Source of the DNA: Vicugna vicugna | Lineage: Eukaryota | Assembly: GCA_013265495.1 (NCBI GenBank) | Contig: MU061578.1 | Coordinates: 4,535,308-4,599,307, forward strand | Direction of reading: 5' to 3' | Length of the DNA: 64,000 bases | In this document: positions 26,374 to 35,660 of the stretch, piece by piece | How the letters are laid out: each line of letters begins with the position of its first letter | How positions within the stretch are numbered: the first letter of the stretch is position 1 | The notes under the pieces: generated by a model | Databases searched by the model: none | What the model saw: only the letters and a program-made list of their open reading frames with translations | What the model was told of the DNA's origin: nothing | Made by a program: the position numbers and the translations under genes

Positions 26374-26620
26374 AGTGCGGGATCCGGCCCCTTCCCGGCC
26401 GGCGCGGCGCGGCGCGGCGCGGCACGGCCTGGTCCCGGCGGGCCCGCCCCTTCCGGGGTGACGTCACCGCCCCGCCCAGCAACGGCCCCGCCCGGCGGAA
26501 GTGCGCGTGCGACTTCCGCCCCAGTGAGGAGCCGGCTAGAGCGGCGCCACAGGCACTGGGCGCTCTAGCCGGAGCGGAATGCTTGGAGAGCAGCTGCTGG
26601 CCCGCCGCTAGGTGGTGTGT
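25860..26620. promoter_or_regulatory. CpG island and promoter of ZNF598
   Basis: Dense CpG; CRE TGACGTCA 26459-26466; GC boxes; paired inverted ETS sites ggcggaagt 26494-26502 and acttccgcc 26512-26520. Confidence 0.85.
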
Positions 26621-26749
26621 GTCGGGTTCCCATTTCCTCGGTCCCTTGTCTCCTGCCAGCCTACCCTCCCATAACAGCGAATGTTTTAGTTTAAGTATTG
26701 CTCCAGTACTCCATGAGTATGCTCCGTGAGTACTGTGGCATACGTACAC

Positions 26750-27435
26750 TATATACTTACAGTATGGAGGTTCCTTAAGAAACTACAAATAGACTTAACC
26801 ATATGATCCAGCAGTCCCTTTCCTGGGCATATATCCAGAGGGAACTCTAATTCGAAAAGATACATGCACCCCAATGTTCATAGCATCACTATTTACAATA
26901 GCCAAGACATGGAAACCTAAATGTCCTTTGACAGACGAGCGGATAAAGCAGTTGTGGTATCTATCTATCTATTCAGCCATAAAAAAGAATAAAATAATGC
27001 CATTTGCAGCAACATGGGTGGACCTGGAGATCATCATTCTAAGTGAAATAAACCAGAAAGAGAAAGAAAAATACCATACGATATCACTTATATGTGGAAT
27101 ATTTAAAAAAACACGAACTCACTCAGAAAACAGAAACAGACAGACATAAAAAACAAACTTACGGTTACCAGGAAGGAAAGAAGGTGGGAAGGGATAAACT
27201 GGGAGTTCAAGATTTGCAGATACAAACTACTATATATAAAGTAGATAAACTACAAGTTTATACTGATAGCACAGAGAATTATTATCTTGTAGTAACCTAA
27301 AATGTAAAAGAATATGAAAAGGAATACGTGTATGTATACATACGACTGAAACATTATGCTGTACACCAGAAATTGACACAACATTGTAAACTAACTATAC
27401 TTCAATAAAACAAGTAAAAACAACAACAAAAAAGA
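26750..27435 (+). mobile_element. 5'-truncated LINE-1 (ORF2 C-terminus, 3' UTR and A-rich tail)
   Basis: ORF 26874-27149 MFIASLFTIAKTWKPKCPLTDERIKQLW...MPFAATWVDLEIIILSEINQKEKEKYHTISLICGI is the L1 ORF2p C-terminus (degraded). AATAAA at 27404-27409 is followed by an A-rich tail. Confidence 0.92.
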
Positions 27436-27552
27436 ACCCTTAGAAATTAAAAACATAACAATTAAAAGTTCAAGAGCAAAATGGAAGACAGAGTTGAAGA
27501 AATCTCTCAGCAGGCAGAACAAAAAGACAAGGTAGAAAACAGAGACAATAAG

Positions 27553-27674
27553 GGGGAAGGGTATAGCTCAAGTGTTAGAGCGCATGCTCAGCATGCGAGA
27601 GGTCCTGGGTCAAATCCCCAGTACCTCCTCCAAGCAGAAACAAATTAATAAACCTAATTAAAAAAACAAAACAA
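27553..27674 (+). mobile_element. tRNA-Ala-derived SINE (camelid Vic-1-like) with target-site duplication
   Basis: 'ggggaagggtatagctcaagtgttagagcgcatgctcagcatgcgagaggtcctgggtcaaatccccagtacctcc' plus 'aataaacctaatt' and an A-rich tail. Flanked by 17-bp direct repeats aaaacagagacaataag (27536-27552) and aaaacagagaaaataag (27675-27691). Confidence 0.88.
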
Positions 27675-28602
27675 AAAACAGAGAAAATAAGAAGATGAAA
27701 GTTGGGATCCAGCAGGCACAATATCTAATTAATAGAAATTTCAGAGAGAACAGATGAAATGGAGAGGTGCAAGTTGTCAGAGCCAATAAGGCAATATATG
27801 CCAGATCTGAAGGACATGAGTCTCCATATTGAAAGGGCCCAATCAAGGGAAAGAGACAGCATCAGTGAGAGAGATCATCATGGAGTACCTGTGTACTGCA
27901 GATAAAACAAAGGGCCTAAAATCTTCAGGGGAAGGGAGTAAGGAGGGAGAAGAACCTGTAAGAAGGACTGAAAATCAGACTTACAATCCTAGAACACTGG
28001 AAGCTAGAAGTTCTCTCAACTTTCTGGGGGAATATGATTTCCATCACAAATTCTATACCCAGAAAAACTTTCCATCCAGCATAAAGTCAGCAACATAAAA
28101 AGGACAAATTATTTAGCTTATGTGTTCCCATTCAAATGATGCCTGTGCAGAAGCTTAGAGAGTGGATGTCCTAGAAAATGGATGTCCAGATTGGAGCAAG
28201 AGGCCACTGGCTTCCAGAGGGAGATCTCCAGAGTAAATATGGAATTGATTGTGGGTGATCTCCTTGTGTGCTTAAGAACCAGGAAAAGTTATTGCAAGGA
28301 GCTTGGAAAATTTAAGGTAAAATAACAAAACAAGAATATAGAAAAACAAGCAAAGAAAAATAATAAGACAGCTATCAATGAGAAAGGAAATGTAATCATA
28401 GTCCACTACTTGGCTCAGCAGAGGACACTACATGGTCATAATAATAGAAACACTGACCAGTGACTTAACCAAAAATTATGATAAATTCATATTAGGAGGA
28501 TGGAGAGATGAGAAATGAGGTGACTGGGTTGGGGGAGAGCCAAAGCTTCATCTAAATTAGGAGGAAGCCATTTGATGGTGTCTTAAAAAACATTAATTTA
28601 GT

Positions 28603-28720
28603 GGGGAGGATATAGCTCAAGTGGTAGAGTGCATGCCTTACAAGCAAGAGGTCCTGGGTTCAATCCTCAGTATCTCTTCTAAAAATAAATCAACAAATGA
28701 ACCTAATTCCCCCCTCCCCA
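28603..28720 (+). mobile_element. tRNA-Ala-derived SINE (Vic-1-like)
   Basis: 'ggggaggatatagctcaagtggtagagtgcatgcc...gaggtcctgggttcaatcctcagtatctc' plus the same tail motif 'acctaattcccccctcccc'. Confidence 0.85.
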
Positions 28721-28767
28721 ATTTTTTTTTAAAGATAAATTTTAGAATGGTGTTTTATAATCTGAGT

Positions 28768-29477
28768 CAGCGGTTCTCAATGGGGGGTGATTTTGCCCCC
28801 AAGGAGACGTGTGGTAAAGTCTGGAGACGTTTTTGGTTGGTTGTTACAGTTGGGTGGGAGTGTTAATGGCATTTACTGGTGCATTAGTTTCCTATTGCTG
28901 CTGTAAAAAATTACCACAAACACAGTGGCTTCAAGTAACATACATTTATTATCTCACAGTTCTGGAATTCAGAAGTTCAAGATGGATCTCAGTGGGATAA
29001 AATCAGCGTGCAGGTGGGCTGCGTTCCTCCTGGAGGCTCTAGAGGAGAATCCATTTCCTAGACTTTTCCATCTTCTAGAGGCACCTGTGTTCCATGGCTC
29101 ACCACCATTCCTCCCATCTACAAAGTGCGTCACTCCACCCTCTGTTTCCATTGTCACCTCTCCTTCTCTGATTCTGCCTCCCTCCTCCATGCTTAAGAAC
29201 CCTTGAGATTACATTAGGTCCACCTGGATAATTCAGGATGATTTGGCTTATGTTAAATTCAGCCAATTAGCATTCTTCATTTCCTCTGCAACTGTAATTC
29301 CCCCTTACTATGTAAAGTAAATATTCACAGGTTCCAGGGATTAGAATGTAGATATCTTTGGGGAGGGGCTATTTTTCTGCCCACACAAATGACTAGAGGC
29401 CAAGGATGCTGCTCAATACCCTACAGTGCCCAGGACAGCCTCACAAATGCCAACCGTACTGAGGTTGAGAAACGCTG
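28768..29477 (+). mobile_element. MER20 (hAT-Charlie DNA transposon) split by an MLT1 LTR
   Basis: 5' part 'cagcggttctcaatggggggtgattttgccccc...gtctggagacgtttttggttg' (28768-28879). 3' part 'tagaggccaaggatgctgctcaataccctacagtgcccaggacagcc...tgaggttgagaaacgctg' (29390-29477). The termini are inverted repeats. Confidence 0.8.
28880..29387 (-). mobile_element. MLT1-family solo LTR (ERVL-MaLR)
   Basis: Begins 'tgcattagtttcctattgctgctgtaaaaaattaccacaaa...atttattatctcacagttctgga' and ends 'caggttccagggattagaatgtagatatctttgggaggggc...ctgcccacaca', the typical antisense MLT1 termini. Confidence 0.85.
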
Positions 29478-29544
29478 ATCTAAGGTCATACATGAGTTAC
29501 GCTGGGGGCTTCTGGTTAGGAGGGGGCAAAGGGAGCCCCCTGGG

Positions 29545-29655
29545 GAGCTGCAATGTTTTCTATCTTGATCTGGGCTGTGGGAACATAGGCGAATGCGTAT
29601 GTAACAAATTGTTAAGATATGCACATTTACTCCAAGTGTGTGATACCTCCTTAAA
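29545..29655 (+). mobile_element. Old L1M 3'-UTR fragment
   Basis: 'caatgttttctatcttgatctgggctgtgg...gtgtgatacctccttaaaaa' resembles L1MC/L1ME 3' ends. Confidence 0.5.
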
Positions 29656-30429
29656 AAGACCACCAAATTTTAGAGTAGCAGTTAAGTTTATTATTTCAAA
29701 ATAGGGAGGCAAATACTAGGAGAAATATCTGAAGGAGTTGGAAGCAGTTGCCCCTGGAGGGCAGAATGTGAAAGGCTGGAACAGAGATAGCTTTATTTTT
29801 TCCCCTTATACTAGCATTTGATTTATAATGTCTATAACCTTGATTAAAAAAATAATTTTAAAATGACAAAATGGGGAGATTTTCTCAATCACTGGGTCAT
29901 TTGGATGAGGTTCCTGTTGAGGACCAGGCTCTGTACCTGGGGTGGGGGCCGTGAGTATGAAGCCGAGGTGGTTCTGATCCCTGGAGGTCTTGTGTCCTCC
30001 TTGGTCCAGTGTCACCAAGAATGGTGTACAGATAGTCAGAGCCACGATTCCTAGGAGGGGCTGTGTGTAGATGAAAGGAGAGGTGAGTCCCAGAAAGAAG
30101 AATCACCTCTCATGGACTGTTAGGGTCACTGCCTCTGCTGGCAATGGACCTTTCACTCCAGACTCCTGGTTAGTGGATACTTTTGTCCCTGTGCTCAGGG
30201 CTGGGCGGGACACAGAGCCCCTTCTCCTCTGCACTCCAAATTGGGAGGCCCCAGGGACCATCAAGCTATTCTGTGCTTTGCTCCCTTCCCCCGTCCTGGG
30301 CCCCCTCCCCACATGCCTTCTGCACACCAGACAGGCAACCACCCTCCTCTGTCCCAATGTGGCCTTCATCCTTCACCTGCACCCTGACAGTTTCACTCCC
30401 TCTGGTCCATAGTCATAAACAAGCCGGAG

Positions 30430-30610
30430 GGATCACTGGTATTTCAACTTCAGATACTGAACATGTCCTTATGCAGAGCACTTTTTTCTCTGCTTAACAC
30501 TGCATTTTCAGATTTGTTCACGCTGCTAATGGTAGTTCTTTTCAATTTTCTAACTGCCACAGAAATCTCCATTATACCATAAACCACAACTGATCAGTTT
30601 TTGTATCAAT
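30430..30610 (-). mobile_element. Old L1ME-like 3' fragment
   Basis: 'ttttttctctgcttaacactgcattttcagatttgttcacgctgct...ctccattataccataaaccacaa' is an antisense old-L1 3' end pattern. Confidence 0.5.
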
Positions 30611-30959
30611 GACGTTCTCCCTGCAGAAGCTCCACGCCCAGGCTAGCAGTCCCCTGCATCCTCTTAGCAGGGATGAGGTGGCAGCACCAGGGGAACCCTG
30701 GCAGCCTGCATCGTGCCGAACCACCCACCCACCACACACTCCAGCAGGCTCTCAAAGCCAAGGGGCCCCAGAGGAGCATGGTAGGGGGAGGTGGTGGTGG
30801 GGGTCAGCTTTCAGCACAGCCTGCTGGTCCCGAGGATTCTCCAGGCCCCTCCAGGTGCGCAGGCGGCTTCCCTCCACTCTGCTGGGTCCCTGCACCATCA
30901 CTCCTCCATCAAACGGTTTTCACTGACAGCTAGGAGACTAGGCAGCCACTGGAACAGCA

Positions 30960-31060
30960 ACAGCCATAGATGGTAGCTACACCATTACTGAGCACTTACT
31001 GTGTGCCAGGCACAGTGTCAAGAGCCAGCCTGGGTTTTTTTAATGCTCATACTGGGCTCC
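30960..31060 (-). mobile_element. MIR fragment
   Basis: 'cattactgagcacttactgtgtgccaggcacagtgtcaagagc' is an antisense MIR 3' end. Confidence 0.65.
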
Positions 31061-32674
31061 AGGGCACATTTCTCATTGGTTCTGCCAGGCTGTGGAGAGG
31101 GCTGCTGCTGCTTCCAAACCTCCCCCGGGGAGTGGGGGTCACCAGACCCTATTATGCCCCTCATGCCTCAGAAGCAGGTGCCATCCTCTGCACCCCACAG
31201 CCCCTCTGCACCTCTCCTGACATGGACACGTAAGAGGAAGCACAGGCCCAGACTGTGTTCCCCATTCCCCCAGAATCACCCCTCTTTTTTGCCAAAGAAA
31301 TGGGCAGAGGGGAAGAGGAGGTTTTCATTGAGAACTACAGCTGGGGTCCCCAAACTGGAACTCTCACGCTGGGGGTGGGGAGGCTAGGTGGGACTCCAGT
31401 CATCCCACTGCTTAACCCAAAAGGTGATCTGGAACAAATTAGTTTCCCCCATGCCTTAGTTCGCTCATTGGTAGATGGAATCAATAATTCTCCCACCTTG
31501 TGGCAGTGTTTGGAGGTCAAAACAAGATATTTCAGGATCCTTGGTGTCTGAGATCTACAAGCTGCCCCACAAATGATATGGTTGCTACGGGGTGGGGTGA
31601 GGTCAGATTATTTTGAGGGCTGCATCCTCCCTGGTCTGGGGCCCAAGCAAGAATGGGTCAGGCTCTGCCCTTTGGGATGGGGCTATTAAGCCCAGGCAGG
31701 CCCAGAGGGATACTCTGGGGGACTATTCAGACAAGGGCCATTTAAGTAGGATTCTAAAGGATGAGTAGGAGTTTGCCAAGTGGAGAAGGAAGGGAAGTAC
31801 ATTCTGTGTCCCAGGCACAGAAGCTGAGAGGTGGGCAAACTCCTGGGTCATTGGGTACAGCAAATGAATTGAGAGTGGCCCTAGAAAGTGGTTTTCAGGG
31901 GACCATGACCAGAGAGGAGGCTGGAGGTCTGCAGGGCCTTATTCTGCCCAGGCTAGGGCTGGGGGCATGAGGGGCTGACTCTATTCTGGAAGCCTTCGGG
32001 AACCACTAACTGTCTCAAGGAGGGTTTGATGTGGCCAAACTTGCAATTGCTAGCATCCATCTAGCTGCAGCTGGGAAATGGATTGGTGGGGAGAAGCTAG
32101 GCCTGTGGGGAAGATTTGAGCGCTGTGTTAGGTGAGGAAGAGGAACAGCCCTCAGGGGAGGAGATACACAGAGGGGTCTTAAATAGTGTGGGAGTTGGGG
32201 TGGGGCACCAGTGAGCTCTCCTGTCTTTCGGCCCTATGGTTCTGCCAGCCTCCCTGTCTTTGCTCTGCTTGGGGCCCACTTCAAGAGCCTAGCTAAGGGG
32301 GCATCCTGTCCCTCGATGCCTGTGCCTGGCAGTTCCTTCCTCTCCTTTGGGGGAGGAGGCAGAGGAGGGCTGAGAGAGGGGAGCAAGGGAGCTCCCGGTA
32401 GAGCATCAAGATGAGTTCTAGCTAAAGGCCCACTCAGGGAGGATGCTGGGCTCCTCTTCTCCCTCCATCTCTACCACCCTTGGGGAGCCCCGCGGGTATT
32501 GCGGGGGCGAGGAGGGGCGGGGCCACCGAGCATTTAATAGTTGGACCCGCCGGGACCAACACCTAGCCTGCAGCCTCCAGCGCTCCGGCTTCCCGGCTTC
32601 CCGACGCTGAGCGCCTGGATCCCGCCAAGCCAGTTCCAGGTCCGCCCTACCGGGCGGCTGTCGACGTGAGCACC

Positions 32675-33477
32675 CTGGCGAGGGGAGCGGGGGTGCGGGG
32701 CCCGGGGCGGGGGGCCACTGCGAGCCTCCTGCTACTCGCATTGCTGTTGCTGCTGCTGCTTCCGCTGCCCGCGGGCGCCTGGTACAAGCACGTGGCGAGT
32801 CCCCGCTACCACACCGTCGGCCGCGCGGCGGGCCTGCTCATGGGGCTGCGCCGCTCGCCCTACATGTGGCGGCGCGCGCTACGGCCCGCTGCCGGACCCC
32901 TTGCCTGGGACACTTTAGGCCCGGGCGTGCCCCCCCAGGGGCCATCTGCCAGAAACACCCTCTCCCCGGGGCCCGCCGCCCGCGATGCTCTGCTGCTTCC
33001 CTCCGGGGTTCAGAAACTGTGGGAGGTGCGACGCAGAAGCTCCGGCGCTGGGCTCCCGGTCAGTGCCCCTCGCCGTTCGCAAGCCCTGGCGTCTGCACCC
33101 CAACGGGAGCCGTGGCTGGGCTCCTATTCCTGGACCTCCGCAGAGCAGGCCAGGTACGCGGGGAGAGGAAAGGGGAGGGGATAGCAGCGAGTGAAGGGAT
33201 CTTGAAAGATCTGAGCCCAGGACGCATGTCCCCGTTCCCACAGGGCACCCTGCGAACTTTCCATCCCTGACTTCAAGCCCAGGAAGGCTTTCCTGACGCA
33301 GTCTCTACTCTTCCAGCGTGGGGGGTCGGGAGGCGGGAGCGTAGTGGAAGGCGCACAACCCTCTCCCCACGGTCCTGCTCTATTCTTTCTAGAGCTCTCG
33401 GAGAGTCTCCCGATCAGCCACAGTCTGCGCAGGGAACTGCCTTCGCCGGCCCCCGCCTCACCCCAGGGCCGTCCTGA
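32675..33477 (+). CDS. NPW: Neuropeptide W precursor, probable CUG initiation; exons 32675-33153 and 33393-33477; 187 aa
   Basis: A Leu-rich signal peptide ending PLPAGA is followed by [32 protein letters not shown] (NPW23/NPW30 with dibasic cleavage sites). No in-frame ATG lies upstream; CTG at 32675 is in ACC-CTG-G context. The intron is AG|gtacgc...ttctag|A. AATAAA at 33551. Confidence 0.93.
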
Positions 33478-33550
33478 TCGCAGCCCCTGCCCGCGCCCCC
33501 GTGCCTGACCCAGGCAGAGTCTCTTCGGCCTCCAGTCCCGCCGTCTGGTC

Positions 33551-33556
33551 AATAAA
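33551..33556 (+). terminator. NPW poly(A) signal AATAAA
   Basis: AATAAA 73 nt after the stop, followed by a GU/U-rich tract. Confidence 0.8.
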
Positions 33557-35469
33557 ACCCGCCTGGTTCTCGCTCCCCCGCGTGTGACCCTTTTCCTCCG
33601 CGATGTGTACTTTGTCATCTAGCTTCCGGGCGCAAACAGCCGCGCCCACGTCCTAGCAAATGTCAGGAGCCCTCTGGCTGGCCAGAAGCGCTCCCCCTAA
33701 CCCAGCCGAGATCTGTATGTCCTCGCCGGCCAGAAGGGGAGACAGAGATAGAGACACTGCTTGGGCCTGTGTCCCCTCTCCCTTTTCTGCCAGTGCTGCA
33801 CCTCCCATTAGGGGGTGGGATCATCAGTCTAGGTCCCAGGGTCCGACAGGAGGGGAGGGGTATTCCACGGCGAGGGGAGGGCAAGTCACACCCTGGGTCC
33901 GGCTGCCATTCACCAAGGTGTGCAGGAAGAGGAAAGCAGGAGCTCATACCCTACTAGTGGGGCTGGAACTCCCACCCAGCCTCCCAGGAGTCCTACAGGG
34001 TGCCCCTCACTATGCCCCCTGGCCAGACTGGGGAGAATGTCCTCCCCAAGGAGGGGAACAGCAAGAGCTAGCAGCCCATCCAGCCTTTCTCCCATTTCCC
34101 AGCAGTCATTTCAAACCTGGATCTCCTTGGAATTCCTCCCTCCCCTCAGCCAAAGCCTTCCTGATAAAGTGGAACCCATCTAGTCCCCTTCTTCACTGCC
34201 ACGCTCCCTTCCTAGTGAGGAAGGGGCCCCTCCACCTGATACGCTCTTGCCTCCTGAGGGACCCCTCCACCACTTATCCCCTTCTGCATTTCCACTTATT
34301 GTCTCCAGTCCCCCATGTCAATGTGCTATATCATCTTGAATAGCAAGGATCTCCCTCCACCTGGGACACCTTCCTGCCCCGCCCCACTTCACCTTTCTGC
34401 TCCCCCTTCAACCCTCTTCAGAGTGGGCTTGGACTCCCACAACTGTCCTCAATGTCCAAGTGCCTGGTCACTGTGCCCTGATGCTGTTTGCCCTTGGAGT
34501 CTTTCCTTGGCCATGTGGCAAGACTGCCCTTGGGGCACCCAGCAAGGACAGGAAAAGGGGTGGCCCCAGGTCTGTCTAGCTCCTGGCTTTGGGATGCCCT
34601 CGTGGAACCAGCTCCCACAGGACCTTCCTTGGCCTCTGGAAACACCCTCTGGAGGCCTCTCCCCACTGGCAATTTCCTCTCATCTCCTGGGTGCACCTTT
34701 CTCCCCACATGGTCCCCTAATGTGGGCAGTCTTTTTGATGTCACCATTCCAATTCTTAGGGATCCTAGAATTAATTTACCCTCGAGGATCTGCACTGGGG
34801 GAAAGGGTGGTCACAGACCAGTCAAGTCAACCCACTCTTTCCCCCACTTCTCCGATGCTCCTGCCCCCGCTCCTCACCAAACCTGGCCTTTCAAAACACG
34901 ATGTCCTGACCTTGTCACCCCCCAGTGCACAACACCTGAAGGGCTCCCATCTCCCATGCAACGAAATCCATGCTCTAGGGCTGGGCCTCTGTCTCCCAGC
35001 CTCATTGCTCCCTCACCTTCCCCACACAGCCTGGAGAAACTCTGGGCAGATTCCAGAACAGCCCCATGGTCCACCTTGCCTGAGGACTCCAGCCCCAGGC
35101 TGGGTTAAATGCACCTCCTGGGGGCTGCCCCAGCTCTGGGCCTCCCTTTGCCAGGGTATCAGATCCCTGTTTCTGTGGGTCTCGCTGATGTTTCTCCATT
35201 GCTCGCCAGGCTGGCGGCAAGTGGCTTGCCAATGTTTGGTCACAAGTGATGGAATACTTGGTGAGAGGCTAGATTTCATATTGCCTGAAGATATCCCAGT
35301 GCAGAGGTTGGTGGCAGATCCAAGGTGAGACAGCTTAGCCGATTCGGGGCTCGGGAGAGACCTGGCTTCTCTGCCTACCACCCCTATGGCACCCCTATGC
35401 TTCTGCATCGCTAGCAGCCGGAGGGCGCGGACCTCGACCCAATCCCCATCCCACAGGGCTGGACAAGTC

Positions 35470-35660
35470 AGAGCCAGAAGGGCGGGGCGTGGGGCCACTC
35501 CCCGGGCGATGGAATCCCACAAAGAGCCGGCAGGTGGCGCTATAAGCCGCTCTCCCAGGCTACACTCGCTCCCTACGCCTCCGGCGATGGGAGGAGCTAG
35601 GGGCGGGCAGTGGGCGGGCCCATCTCGGGTGGGCGGGGCAGGCCTCCAGTGAGTTCTGCC
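35470..35660 (+). promoter_or_regulatory. Orphan CpG-rich promoter-like element (GC boxes, CTCF motif, TATAA, splice donor)
   Basis: GGGCGGGG at about 35479, 35601, 35612 and 35630; CCGGCAGGTGGCGC 35527-35540; TATAAG 35541-35546; donor CCA|GTGAGT at 35648/35649. Confidence 0.55.

Larger units (their letters stand above)
27440..29865 (+). mobile_element. Old HAL1/L1 ORF1-like element, fragmented by younger insertions (approximate span)
   Basis: 'ttagaaattaaaaacataac...gaagacagagttgaagaaatctctcag...gaacaaaaagacaag', 'acactggaagctagaag' and an AT-rich 3' end at 29700-29865 resemble HAL1; recognised by eye. Confidence 0.55.

Noticed and set aside
26874-27149. 91-aa ORF as a host gene
   Set aside because: Degraded LINE-1 ORF2 C-terminus.
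27553-27630. tRNA-Ala-like sequences (also 28603-28680 and 63540-63615) as tRNA genes
   Set aside because: Broken stems, differing anticodons, shared non-tRNA tails, A-rich ends and a TSD mark them as SINEs.
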